Below are positions 19,297 to 29,436 of a DNA stretch of 64,000 bases, one piece after another. Every line of letters begins with the position of its first letter. Position 1 is the first letter of the stretch. Below the pieces are notes generated by a model. The model worked only from the letters and a program-made list of their open reading frames with translations, ran no database searches and had not been told where the DNA came from. The stretch lies in contig OZ251539.1 of assembly GCA_965243135.1 (NCBI GenBank), positions 4,160,001 to 4,224,000 on the forward strand. Direction: 5' to 3'. The translations under genes and the position numbers were made by a program. The stretch is from Alphaproteobacteria bacterium (GTDB lineage Bacteria; Pseudomonadota; Alphaproteobacteria; MPNO01; UBA830).

Positions 19297-20043
19297 ATGG
19301 GCGAGCGAGCGTGGGACGCGTTCCTGACGGAGCGCGACAAGGAAGTGTTCGAGGCGGCCGGCTACGGGGAGTCCGCGGGTTTCGGCGAACGTCCGGCGAT
19401 CGTCGTCATCGACGTCAACTACAACTTCACCGGCGACAGGTCCGAACCCATTCTCGATTCCATCAGGCGCTGGCCCAATTCGTGCGGCGAGGACGCCTGG
19501 GACGCGCTGCCTCACATCCGAAAGCTCCTGGACGCCGCCCGCGCGAAGGGCCTGCCCGTCATCTACACCACCGGCGACATGCGCGAGGACGGATGGGACA
19601 GGGGGGCCTGGTCCTGGAAGAACAAGCGCACCAGAGAATGGAGGTCCGGCGGAGCGCGGACCAATCTGGACGGCAACGAGATCAATCACGAGATCGCTCC
19701 GGCGCCGCGCGACATCGTCATTAGAAAGTTGAAGCCGAGCGCGTTTCACGGCACCCCGATGAGTTCGTTCCTGACGAATCTCAAGGCGGACTCCGTCATC
19801 ATGGTCGGAACGACGACGTCCGGATGCGTGCGCGCCACCGTGATCGACGCGTTCAGCGAGAACTACCGGGTGGCGCTGGTCGAGGAAGGCTGCTTCGATC
19901 GCTCGCAGGCCAGCCATGCGATCAATCTCTGCGACATGCACGCCAAATACGCGGACGTGGTCGGCGTCGACGCGGTCGTCGAACACATCGAGAGCCTGCC
20001 GGACGAATTGTTCGACCTGCCGCCGGGCAAACCGGTCGAATAG
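19297..20043 (+). CDS. Isochorismatase/cysteine hydrolase family protein
   Basis: GFGERPAIVVIDV, KPSAFHGT, GTTTSGCVRATVIDA. Confidence 0.9.
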   Translation: MGERAWDAFLTERDKEVFEAAGYGESAGFGERPAIVVIDVNYNFTGDRSEPILDSIRRWPNSCGEDAWDALPHIRKLLDAARAKGLPVIYTTGDMREDGWDRGAWSWKNKRTREWRSGGARTNLDGNEINHEIAPAPRDIVIRKLKPSAFHGTPMSSFLTNLKADSVIMVGTTTSGCVRATVIDAFSENYRVALVEEGCFDRSQASHAINLCDMHAKYADVVGVDAVVEHIESLPDELFDLPPGKPVE

Positions 20044-20093
20044 TTTTCCGCCGCCGGCCGGGCTCCGCCGCGGCCGCGGCGAGCGCGGCGGAT

Positions 20094-20822
20094 CTACACG
20101 AACAGCGTCGCCGTGCCGACGGCCAGCAGGAAGCACAGGGAGACGCGGCGGAACGTCTCTTCGGAAGCGCGGCCGAACAGCCTTTCGCCGATCCACATGC
20201 CGGCCATGAGCGGAGGCGCGATCAGCAGGCACAGCCAGAGCACGGTCCGCACCAAAAGACCCTCGATCCAGTACATGGCCAGGGCGGCGATCTGGGTGAA
20301 GACGAAATAAAGGATGATCGCGCCCCGGTTCTGCGCCGCCCGGTGGGGACCCGCCAGCAGGAACATGACGACGGGCGGTCCGCCGATCATCGCCGCGCCC
20401 GAAATGAATCCGCCCAGCGCGCCGACTCCCGCCGTGACGGCGCGGTTGATCCGCCCGGTATATCTCCATCCGCGCAGCATCAGGACGGCGAAGACGATGA
20501 TCAGTATCGATATCGCCTGCCGGATCAGTCCGGGATCCTGGGTCACGAGAAGCCATGCGCCGACGGGAACTCCGGCCATGCCGGCCGCCGAGAGCGGCCA
20601 GACCCGGCCCCAGTCGGCAGCCCGCAAGGCGCCCGGGGCGAGTTGGGCGCTGGTCGCGAGGTGCACGCAAACGACGGCCGGGACCGCGAGCAGCGGACCG
20701 ACGGCCGCGGCCGCGACCGGGACGATGGCGAGCGCCGACCCGAAGCCCGAGAAGCCGCGCATGACGCCGGCGGCGAGCGACATGGCCGCGATGATCGCAG
20801 CTTGCGCCCAGGTAATGTCCAT
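20094..20822 (-). CDS. TauE/SafE family permease
   Basis: AGVMRGFSGFGSAL, GGPPVV, multiple hydrophobic helices. Confidence 0.88.
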   Translation of the reverse strand: MDITWAQAAIIAAMSLAAGVMRGFSGFGSALAIVPVAAAAVGPLLAVPAVVCVHLATSAQLAPGALRAADWGRVWPLSAAGMAGVPVGAWLLVTQDPGLIRQAISILIIVFAVLMLRGWRYTGRINRAVTAGVGALGGFISGAAMIGGPPVVMFLLAGPHRAAQNRGAIILYFVFTQIAALAMYWIEGLLVRTVLWLCLLIAPPLMAGMWIGERLFGRASEETFRRVSLCFLLAVGTATLFV

Positions 20823-20874
20823 GTCCCGTCCCGAGGGAGCGCCGCGAAGACGACCGGGCGCGGCGCGCCGACGT

Positions 20875-21933
20875 TCAGTCCAGTTCGAGTTCCGTGCCGC
20901 GTCCCTGCTCGCGGGCCAGTCGGAAAGCCGTCATGGCGATCGCCATTTCCGAGGCTCCGGTGCCGTTGTTGTTCTTGTGATAGGTGATCTGCCCGGCCGA
21001 CGTCCTGCCGGGATGCCGGCCGGTCGCAAGGTCGCCCAGCTCGAAGACATTCTCGATCCGGAGGAGGCCGGCGCGGATCGGCTCGAAGAGATCCCCCTGT
21101 TCCTCGGAGACCATGGACTCCTTGAGATTGGTCACCACGACGTCGGCTCGCGCCGCGGTCGCGTCGTCGATCTCGCGCCGCGGCTTCGACAGGAAGCCGG
21201 CCTGCACGAGTTGCTTGTTGCTGCCGATGATGCCCGTCACGTGCTGCCCCGCCGCGAGGCGTTCGCCGTCGAACAGCGCCACGTTGGTGTTGGTGGCGCA
21301 GATCACGACGTCGGCGTCGTCGAGCACCGTTTCGGGCGCGTCGACCGGGGCGATGTCGAGGTCGAATTTCGGTCCGTAAAGATCGGCGAAACCACGGCGA
21401 TTTTGCGGGTCGCGGCTGTAGACCCTGACGGCGCGGATTCCCGGACGTTCGGTTTTGAGCGCCCATAGCTGGTTCGCGGCCTGGCCTCCGGAACCGAACA
21501 GGCCGACGGTCGCCGCGTCCTCGGGCACGAGGTAACGGAATCCGATGCCGCTGGTCGCGGCCGTGCGGAACGCCATCAGGCTCGTCGGACCGATGGTCTT
21601 CTCGTCGATTTCGCCGAAAAGGACCGCGATCAGGCGTCCGGTCGCGGAATCGTGCAGCACGTGCACCGGACGCTCGCGATGCGCGTAGCGCTGGTTGGCG
21701 TCCTCCTGCACGACGAGTTCGGCGCGGACCTGGGCGCCGATGACGCCCAGCTTGTGGACTCCGCCCGGGAAATTCGAGACGCGCACGCCGGCCGGCGAAT
21801 GGACCCGCCGCCGCGGCGCGTTGATGGCCGGAAATTCGGTGGATTCGCGATACCCCTGTTCGATGGCGTCGATCGCGTCCTTCATCCCGACCAGGCCCTG
21901 CAGGTCGCGCGGCTTGAGTATCAGTACGCCCAT
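20875..21933 (-). CDS. Ornithine cyclodeaminase/mu-crystallin family protein
   Basis: FRTAATS, GLFGSGGQA, DVVICAT, ELGDL. Confidence 0.85.
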   Translation of the reverse strand: MGVLILKPRDLQGLVGMKDAIDAIEQGYRESTEFPAINAPRRRVHSPAGVRVSNFPGGVHKLGVIGAQVRAELVVQEDANQRYAHRERPVHVLHDSATGRLIAVLFGEIDEKTIGPTSLMAFRTAATSGIGFRYLVPEDAATVGLFGSGGQAANQLWALKTERPGIRAVRVYSRDPQNRRGFADLYGPKFDLDIAPVDAPETVLDDADVVICATNTNVALFDGERLAAGQHVTGIIGSNKQLVQAGFLSKPRREIDDATAARADVVVTNLKESMVSEEQGDLFEPIRAGLLRIENVFELGDLATGRHPGRTSAGQITYHKNNNGTGASEMAIAMTAFRLAREQGRGTELELD

Positions 21934-22104
21934 GTCCCGCATCCTTTTCCGTTCGCCCGAAAATGGCCGCCGCCCGTCAGAGCGTCAATCAGCCGTGCCG
22001 AGATCCGCGGCGGCGCCGGGAAAGGAAGCCTGACGACGTTTCGGGCGTCGGCGTTCGCGGAACGCCCGGCCGCCGGCAGCTCGTTCGGCGTCAGCGCCGG
22101 ATTT

Positions 22105-22893
22105 TCAAAGCGCGACGTCGGCCCAGACGGGCGCATGATCCGAAGGGCCGTCCCACCCGCGCGCCTCGCGCAGAACTCCGGCATCCGTCACTTTGTCGGC
22201 CAGATCGGGACTTACCCAGATGTGATCGAGACGCCGCCCGCGGTCGCTGCCCGGCCACGCGCGGTTGCGGTAGCTCCACCACGAGTAGAGCTTGCGGTCT
22301 TCCGGAACGATCGCCCGCACGGCGTCGACCCAGCCATGCGCCTCGCGCCAGCGCCGCAGGCTCTCGACCTCGACCGGGGTGTGGCTGACGACCTTCAGCA
22401 ACTGCCGGTGGGACCAGACGTCGGACTCAAGCGGCGCTATGTTCAGATCTCCGACCAGAATGCGGCGGCCGCGCTTCGGCAGTCCCGCCGACCATTCGGT
22501 CACCTCCGCGACGAAGTCGAGCTTGTGGGCGAATTTCTCGTTGACGTCGGGGTCGGGGATATCGCCGCCCGCCGGCACGTAGAAATTGTGCAGCTCTGTC
22601 TTCTCCGCCAACAGGGCCGCCACGTGGCGGGCGTCCTCGCGTGCGCACCAGTCCCGGCTCGCGTTTTCCGTCAGGGGGGACCGCGACAGTATGGCGACGC
22701 CGTTGTAGCCTTTCATGCCGCGAACGAGCTGGTGGGGGAAACCGGCGGCGGCGACATCCTCCGAGGGAAAATGCTCGGTCCGAACCTTGATTTCCTGGAT
22801 GCACAGGCAATCGGGTTCCAGCGCGCCAACGACGCGCTTCAGCGTCTCCAGCCGCAGGCGGATCGAATTGACGTTCCAGGTCGCCACCCGCAT
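22105..22893 (-). CDS. xth: Exodeoxyribonuclease III
   Basis: MRVATWNVNSIR, QEIK, GDLNIAP, RRLDHIW, SDHAPV. Confidence 0.93.
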   Translation of the reverse strand: MRVATWNVNSIRLRLETLKRVVGALEPDCLCIQEIKVRTEHFPSEDVAAAGFPHQLVRGMKGYNGVAILSRSPLTENASRDWCAREDARHVAALLAEKTELHNFYVPAGGDIPDPDVNEKFAHKLDFVAEVTEWSAGLPKRGRRILVGDLNIAPLESDVWSHRQLLKVVSHTPVEVESLRRWREAHGWVDAVRAIVPEDRKLYSWWSYRNRAWPGSDRGRRLDHIWVSPDLADKVTDAGVLREARGWDGPSDHAPVWADVAL

Positions 22894-22916
22894 TGCCGAG
22901 GTCTTTCGGGACGTCG

Positions 22917-23702
22917 TTATTCGGCGGCGAGCAATCGTCCGAACCGGCGGGCGGCCCGGTCGCGGCAAGCTTCGCCGAAAGCGCGCCAGAGCTCGCGGGT
23001 AAGGGCGTGGGTTTCGAACCGCCATTCGGCGTGCCATTGGACGCCCACGCAGAACGTGCTCGTCTTGACGTACCGGATCCCCTCGATGACGCCGTCCGGA
23101 GAAACGCATTCCACTTCGCAGCCCGGAGCGACCTGGTCGACGGACTGTCCGTGGAGCGAGTTGACCATGATTTCGCGGCAATTCGAGAGGCGGTGAAAGA
23201 ACCCGCCTTCGGCCATCACGACCTTGTGGCGCAAGCTGAACTTGTGCTCCATGTCGCCGTCGCGGGGCATTCGATGGTCCTGGAAGCCCGGAACCAAATG
23301 CGTGCGATAGTGAAGCGTGCCGCCGAGCGCGACATTGATCTCCTGAATGCCGCGGCAGGAGCCGAATACGGGTATGCCGCGCGCGACGCATTCGCGGATC
23401 AATGGCAGCGTGGTGGAATCGCGCGGCGGGTCGCGGATTTCGTCGTCGGGGAAGGGCTGGCCTCCGTAGTGATGCGGCTCGACGTTGGCCCGCCCGCCCG
23501 TAAGGAACAGTCCGTCGAGTCGTTCCGCGAGATCGGCGTAGTCGCAGTCGCTGCCGAGAGCGGGCACGATCATCGGAAGCGCGCGGGCTCCCGTCGCCAC
23601 GGCGCAGACGTTGCGTTCGACCGTGCCGTGCTGGGCCAGCGTGTGCGAGGGCATGAAAAAGCGGCTCGCCGATATCCCGACGAGGGGCAGAGAGTACGAC
23701 AT
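22917..23702 (-). CDS. Gamma-glutamyl-GABA hydrolase (peptidase C26) family
   Basis: LFLTGG, GSCRGIQE, VNSLHGQ, GVQWHAE. Confidence 0.9.
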   Translation of the reverse strand: MSYSLPLVGISASRFFMPSHTLAQHGTVERNVCAVATGARALPMIVPALGSDCDYADLAERLDGLFLTGGRANVEPHHYGGQPFPDDEIRDPPRDSTTLPLIRECVARGIPVFGSCRGIQEINVALGGTLHYRTHLVPGFQDHRMPRDGDMEHKFSLRHKVVMAEGGFFHRLSNCREIMVNSLHGQSVDQVAPGCEVECVSPDGVIEGIRYVKTSTFCVGVQWHAEWRFETHALTRELWRAFGEACRDRAARRFGRLLAAE

Positions 23703-24201
23703 GCGGAACAGGTATCATGTCGGCCGCGCATCGGCAACCGGCTCCGGGACGCCGGTCGCGCCTCGCGAAAATGCGTTGCGACGGAGAAAAACAGCTTTTT
23801 CCCTCCCTCGCTTCAAGGAAGCTGACGAGCGAACGGCCTGCCGCCGGTTGCGCCCGATCAAGCGTCGCTGCGGCCAGGTCGCTTCGGAAGCCGGCGAGAG
23901 AAGACAGTCCTTGCGCGGAGCGCCGTTCGCAAAACGCCGCGGGTCGCTCGAAGCGGCCGAAATCCCGGGGCGAGACGCGCTGCGCTTGCCGGAAATCGTC
24001 GGCCTTCCCGATCATCGCCGCCAAGCCTTCGGTCATGCTTCCCGGTTCGCGCTTCGGCACAGCCTTGCGATGGCGCGCTCCGCGATCCTGCGGAAACGTG
24101 CGCTTTGCGGAAGGAGGCAATCCTCGGGCGTTCCGGTCTTCGACACAGAACCGATCTCCAGCCACGCTGTGCACCCATATTTCGCGTCTGGAGCCCGTCT
24201 C

Positions 24202-24230
24202 TTGACATGATTCGTTTATTCATTTATATT
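24202..24230 (+). promoter_or_regulatory. Near-consensus sigma70 promoter
   Basis: TTGACA-17 bp-TATATT in an AT-rich tract about 70 bp upstream of the dCTP deaminase. Confidence 0.8.
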
Positions 24231-24301
24231 TTATTCTGTCTATCCGCGACATCATAGCTCAGGAGCTAAGTGGGTTTCTTGTCTAAAGGGATTGTGGACA
24301 A

Positions 24302-24976
24302 ATGATCTTGAGTGATCGGCAAATCGAAAATGCGGTTGAAAACCGTCGTATTGTCATTGAACCATTCGAAAGGAAACAGGTTCAGCCGGCGAGTTACGAT
24401 TTAAGAGTGGGCGACCAAGGAGCGACGACTGGTTCCAAACGCATGGTAGATATCAAGACCACCGGTTTCGTGAGCCTAGAGCCGGGGGATTTTGGCGTAA
24501 TCACCGTTCACGAAAAGATCGAGCTCGATGCACAGCATGCAGCGCGTTTCGGCCTGCGTTCCAAGTATGCGCGGAAAGGTTTGATAGCGACCACAGGTCC
24601 GCAGATCGACCCCGGATTTCGCGGGCGCTTGATCATCGGGCTCACCAACCTGACTCCGCGGCCGGTGCCGCTCCCGTATCTAGACGATGTCGTTTCGGTG
24701 GAATTCCATCGTCTGGAGGAGCCGGCGGAAACGCCTTATTCCGGTCCCTACCAAGACAGAATGGAACTTGGCGCAGAAGAAATAGAGTTCATTGCCGAAA
24801 GCGAGGGCATGGCTCTTTCCGAAATGATCAATACGTTACGGTCGTTGAGCGAAAATGTCGGAATTCTGACCAAGGATGTGTCCCTTCTGACCGGCGAGGT
24901 CCGGAGCATCAAGTGGTCCATACCCGTCATTCTCGCAATCGGGCTGGCCGTTATCGGTTACGTTGCGGCCAAGTGA
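24302..24976 (+). CDS. dcd: dCTP deaminase (trimeric dUTPase fold) with C-terminal coiled coil and transmembrane helix
   Basis: MILSDRQI, QPASYDLRVG, RSKYARKGL, IDPGFRG, PYSGPYQ; tail KWSIPVILAIGLAVIGYVAAK. Confidence 0.85.
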   Translation: MILSDRQIENAVENRRIVIEPFERKQVQPASYDLRVGDQGATTGSKRMVDIKTTGFVSLEPGDFGVITVHEKIELDAQHAARFGLRSKYARKGLIATTGPQIDPGFRGRLIIGLTNLTPRPVPLPYLDDVVSVEFHRLEEPAETPYSGPYQDRMELGAEEIEFIAESEGMALSEMINTLRSLSENVGILTKDVSLLTGEVRSIKWSIPVILAIGLAVIGYVAAK

Positions 24977-25249
24977 GCCTTTCTGCGAAACGCGGATCGA
25001 GGCGACGAACTGCGTTGCCGCTTCCCTCGATGGAAAGAGCGCCAGGATCGCTTGAATTTTCCCGGGCAGGCGATTTCCTACTGTTCGTCCGGCCCAAAGT
25101 TCGAGCGTGCGATTTTGCGAATCGGCCATGTCCAACGTGAGTACGGCCGTAGACCGCGAGAAAGGACCTGGACGGGCTCGTCAAAGAGAACATGTTTCAC
25201 CTTTGGTTGCGCATGGGTTAAGCGTTCGGTCGTGGGGTGGCGGTCTATT

Positions 25250-26030
25250 TGTTGAGAACCCGCCTCCAGCCCCGGCACAGGGGTTTCAGCGTCCTTGACC
25301 GGGAGAGCGCGTTCTTTCCGGGTGCTGCCGCGGCCCTGCGTTTTGCCGACCTTGCTGGCGGCCCGGTAGCAGCTTCCTTCGAAGCGCGGCGCCTCGCAGA
25401 AGGTCTCGAGCAGGACCGGAGCGTAGCGGTGCTCCCAGTCGTCCGGCAGCCGTCGTTCGACCAGAGCGAGGGGACGCGAGATTTTTGATCCGAACCCAAG
25501 GCAAGGCCCGGGCATTGTTAACCGCCAGCGGTGCGGCGGCGGGTCTCGGGGTTCCACGAGTTCGTCCCTGGGCGCGATCTTCCAGGCTGCGGCGCCGAAG
25601 CCGAGGACGGCGAGGGGTTCGCCGCCAGCGGCCCGGACCAAGTATCGCATTTGCGCGCCGGGCAGCGTGGAGTAGCCAAGATAGTGGTAGCGAGCGACGA
25701 ACTCGTTCCAGAGGCGGCCTTCGCCTGCGTTCCGGACAGGCTCCGCGGCGACAGGTTGGACATCGGCGAGACGTTCGGGGACCGGGAACAAGGGCCTGTC
25801 GGTCGCGGGGCCGGGCACGGGCGTACGGTCGGCGTTTGCCTTGGCGGCGGCAGGACGATCACGCCGTGCATGCGCAACATGGCCACCCGCGCGATCCTTT
25901 AGGCCGCCGTTGCGCCAGTCGAGGCGCCGGCAGACCTCCCGCGACAGCGCCCTGCGGCTGAGGCTGCCCCTCAGGGAGCGGCTCGTCCTCGGAGAAGTCG
26001 CGCCCGCAGTAGCGGCAAGGGCCGCCGCTC
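25250..26030 (-). pseudogene. DUF4338 (DruA-like) domain protein, frameshifted
   Basis: LWNEFVARYHYLGY..LPGAQMRYLV, LGFGAAAWKIAPRD, PVLLETF, GKTQGRG. Confidence 0.75.
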
Positions 26031-26092
26031 ACGGTCCTTGGGGGAGAGGCCAGGAGCGGAGGCGCTCCTCGTCGGCGCCCCACGGCAGCCAG

Positions 26093-27679
26093 TCAGCAGG
26101 GCCTTCGGGCGGTGGACGACGGGCGCAAGCATAGCAGCCAGCTGTACGGCGAGATGCCGGCCAGCGTGCCGAAGATGGACATGCCCGCCAACCGCGCTCC
26201 GTCCACGCTTTGCGACCCGAACGAAAGCTTCCGGCTGAGACCGCGCAAGCCGCGTTCGGCGGGGTTGTTGTCCATGGGAACGGCCGCGTTGTCCACGAAG
26301 GTTGTCAGACCGTCGCGGTGGCGCAGCAGGGAGTCCAGAGGGCCGCGTTGCGCCGCGCTCTCCGGGAGCGCGTCCCGCGCCTTTTTCGCCGCCGAGAAGA
26401 ACGCTTCGGCGAACCTCGCGAGCCGCCGCTGGGCGGCGGCGTTGCCCGGGCGCGCCAGACGCCTGGCGTTGAGACGGTATAATGCGTGACGAAGCCACTT
26501 TTGGGCGAACTGCGCGAGGTTCGGGTAGCCGGTCTCGAGGTTGACGAAGTCGCGTCTGGCATGGACCCAGGAAAGGACGATGCACCCTTCCATGACGCGC
26601 GCCAACTTCCGATAGGCGGAGTAGCGGTCGCAGACCAGGTGAGCCGCCTGTCCGGGCGAGCCGAGCCCCCTGAACAACTCAAGGGCGGCTTCCGCGCTGC
26701 GTGACGGCGAGGATGCGGACCGCGTCCGCCGCCCGGGCGGCCCAGGCGCGAGCGTTGCCTCCGTCCTCCTCGCCCAACTCCCGTCCACCCCGTTTCGTCG
26801 CCGTGAACGACCGGCGCTTCCGACAGGCGCCGGGAGATCTCATCGTCGAGCGGTCAGGCGCAGGAACCGTCGCTGGGCGTCCGCCAACGTGCCTGGCGCA
26901 ATGGCGAGCCCGTGCTGGCCCAGCGCACGGCAGACCGAACGCAGCGGACGATGCAGGCCATACCTCTCCGCCAGGACGTTCGCCCAGACGGAGACTCCAT
27001 ATCGGGGAAACAGCCTCGCCGGGGCCGGGCCGACGACCTCCTTTTCCGGTCGGCAGGTACAGGCCGGGCGCAGCCGCTTCCGTCGAATCCTCCGGACATA
27101 GGTGACGGTCCTGGTCTCGACGGTCTCCGTGTCCTTCCAACCGTTCGAGCCCCATGCCTTGCCGCAGTCCGGGCACATGCGCTCGTCCGGAATCGACTCT
27201 TCCTCGCGAACGGGCAGTTCGGGGCGCTGCGTGCGGCCATGCGACGGCGTTCCCTGTCGACGCCCCCGGCGTCGACCGGTTGCCGCAGGCCGCCGCTCGC
27301 TGCGGCGCCCGAACAACTCCCGGGCAAACCTGCGGCTGCGGGACTCCAGACTCTCGTTCTCCGGCGTCTCCGCAGTTCGACACGGGGGCGGCACCTCATG
27401 TCTCTTTATCTCGGCGTCGCAGCAACACTTCTCCGCTTTCTGGACCGCGGTCTCCAGCTCCCGGCCGAGATCCGCACTCTCCCGGCGCGACGCGGCCAGC
27501 TCCCGGCCGAGATCCGCACTCTCCCGGCGCGCCGCGGCCAGCTCCCGGCCGAGATCCGCACTCTCCCGGCGCGACGCGGCCAGCGCCAGACTGAGATCCG
27601 CACTCTCCCGGCGCGACGCGGCCAGCTCCTGGTCGCTGCCCGACAACTCGGTCCCCGGAAGTGAATGTTCGCTCGACAT
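26093..27679 (-). pseudogene. IS66 transposase TnpC, frameshifted
   Basis: LFGRRSE, CPDCG zinc ribbon, LVCDRYSAY, WVHARRDF, VPMDNNPAERGLR. Confidence 0.85.
27454..27629 (-). repeat. 42-bp tandem repeat, ~4 copies, encoding ELAASRRESADLGR
   Basis: Units start 27454, 27496, 27538, 27580. Confidence 0.95.
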
Positions 27680-27895
27680 GGCGACCGTGGAGCCAAAAAC
27701 GCGTGTCCAGCCCCCGCCCGAATCATTCGCCAAGCTCAATCGAACGTTTACTCCGCGAGGAGCGCCGGGCCGCCAACCATGGGTGGACAGCCTCAGGCAC
27801 CCGGAACGAACGCGCTCTCCCGGTCAACGATGTCTGGTTGAACCCTTGCCTGGAGGCGGACTCTCAACACCGTCACCCCACGACCGAACGCTTAC

Positions 27896-28250
27896 GCGCA
27901 TGGCCGAGGACGATACGCGATGCAAAGACGCATGGGAGTTCAAGTATTCGACGAACATGGTCTGGGTGAAGGCTCCCGGCGGCATGGGCTTCCGGGTGCG
28001 CGGGGAACATGAAACGCTCTTGGTCGGCTTGCGCGGCGCGTTCCCGTTGCCTGATCCGAGGGATATGCCGTCGAGCGTCTACCGGAGCGAGCGGAAGGCG
28101 CCTCGCCATAGCGCGAAGCCGGAATACTACTACGAGTTGTTCGAGAGGCTGTATCCTGACATCGCCAAGATCGAGCTGTTTTCACGCACGGCGCGGGCCA
28201 GCTGGACAGCGTGGGGAAACGCGATTTTCACGCCGAACGAGGGGCTGTGA
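27896..28250 (+). pseudogene. MT-A70 family adenine methyltransferase, 3' part
   Basis: AWEFKYSTNMVWVK..GMGFRVRGEHETLLVGLRG..HSAKPE..KIELFSR..WTAWGN; in-frame upstream part (DLDGLVKENMFHLW, ~25165-25216) lies across the IS66. Confidence 0.8.
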
Positions 28251-28379
28251 GGGGTGCCGCATATGCCGCATCTCTCCAACGAGTCCGTATATGGGGGGTA
28301 ATCGTAGATTCAGGTGATATTACCCCCCATATACGGACTCATAGAAAACATGGGGTAGATGCGGCACATGCGGCACCCC
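28251..28379. repeat. Long two-tier palindrome
   Basis: Perfect 22-bp arms 28281-28302/28319-28340 around a 16-nt loop; outer imperfect ~28-bp arms 28251-28278/28351-28379. Confidence 0.93.
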
Positions 28380-28429
28380 CCCATGCAACGCAACATCCTA
28401 AAGACCGACCGTGAAACAGGAGAACGACA

Positions 28430-28681
28430 ATGACCCGATTCATCACTTGCAGGCTGCATGATATGCCGGATCAATCGAACAGCAGAACCGTCACGCTCAA
28501 CGTCGACGACATCAAACGCTTCTGGCCGGTGGCCGGACCCGTCAAGGGCACGCTCATCGTCACCGGCGACGGCGATCAGCTATTCGTCGACGCCTATGCG
28601 GACGACGTTCGAGCGGCTCTTCTCGACGACTCCTTGGTGGTTCGCGATATTGAAGGCTTGCTGCCGAGTCTCGATCTGTAG
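28430..28681 (+). CDS. Small hypothetical protein (phage-like)
   Basis: 83-aa ORF with AGGAGA RBS. Confidence 0.55.
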   Translation: MTRFITCRLHDMPDQSNSRTVTLNVDDIKRFWPVAGPVKGTLIVTGDGDQLFVDAYADDVRAALLDDSLVVRDIEGLLPSLDL

Positions 28682-29061
28682 GGCCGCGCATAACCGAACG
28701 GGACCGCTCGACGAAGTGGACGACGTTCAGGCGCCGATACCTGAAACGCAATCCGCTGTGCGCTCAATGCAAGCGCGAAGGCCGAACCGTTCCGGCTGAC
28801 GAAATAGATCACATAGTCCCGCTCCATCGCGGCGGCTCAATGTGGGACGAAAGCAATCTCCAGGGATTGTGCAGGAAGCCTTGTCACGCTGCCAAGACGC
28901 GGCGCGAACGAATTGAAGATGGCATTGAGACGATCAAGGGCCATGACGACGATGGCATCCCGTGGGCGCGGTACAAGGAGCTTGGCATGACGATCCCGAA
29001 GCAGGTGATCGAAGCGTGGGTCAATCGACCGAAACGACCGAAGCCGAAACCGCGCTGGTAA
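28654..29061 (+). pseudogene. Phage packaging-type HNH endonuclease lacking a start codon
   Basis: Open frame KWTTFRRRYLKRNPLCAQC...DEIDHIVPLHRGGSMWDESNLQGLCRKPCHAAKT; no ATG/GTG/TTG between stop at 28653 and the HNH motif. Confidence 0.75.
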
Positions 29062-29142
29062 CCCTACCCGAAAACCTCAATCGAGGCCGGGCGGGGGAAC
29101 CGTTCGCAGTCATTGGATTTTTATCGAGCGGCAGGAAATAAT

Positions 29143-29436
29143 ATGGGCCGCGACGCATCGCGCCGCCGTTCGGCGCATTGCATGGGAGTGACGCGCATGG
29201 AAGCGAAACAGGGCGACCGGGTACGGCCGATAGGGGCGATACCGAGGGCGTTGACGAACCGGGCGGAACGAGCGGCATGGCGCGAGGCCGCGAAGGCATG
29301 GCCGCATCTTCGATACGAGCATCGGGCGCTGTTGACCGACTATTGCCGGGAGGAGTTGGCCGCCGACGATCTGCGGAAGCTCAGCGAAGCGGGCGATCTG
29401 GAAGATGTCTCCCTGCTGGAGCCGCCGGACGGTTGA
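29143..29436 (+). CDS. Probable phage terminase small subunit (P27-like), likely truncated
   Basis: PRALTNRAERAAWREAAKAW...RALLTDYC pattern, directly after the HNH gene. Confidence 0.5.
   Translation: MGRDASRRRSAHCMGVTRMEAKQGDRVRPIGAIPRALTNRAERAAWREAAKAWPHLRYEHRALLTDYCREELAADDLRKLSEAGDLEDVSLLEPPDG

Larger units (their letters stand above)
25217..27895 (-). mobile_element. Decayed IS66-family element with DUF4338 passenger gene, 8-bp target duplication
   Basis: Ends G(T)TAAGCGTTCGGTCG (25217) and CGACCGAACGCTTAC (27895); GCGCATGG at 25209-25216 and 27896-27903; internal left end GTAAACGTTCG reading from 27751. Confidence 0.88.

Noticed and set aside
27454-27629. 42-bp repeats (and the 51-bp repeats in rplU) as CRISPR
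   Set aside because: Head-to-tail with no spacers, and in frame within coding sequence.
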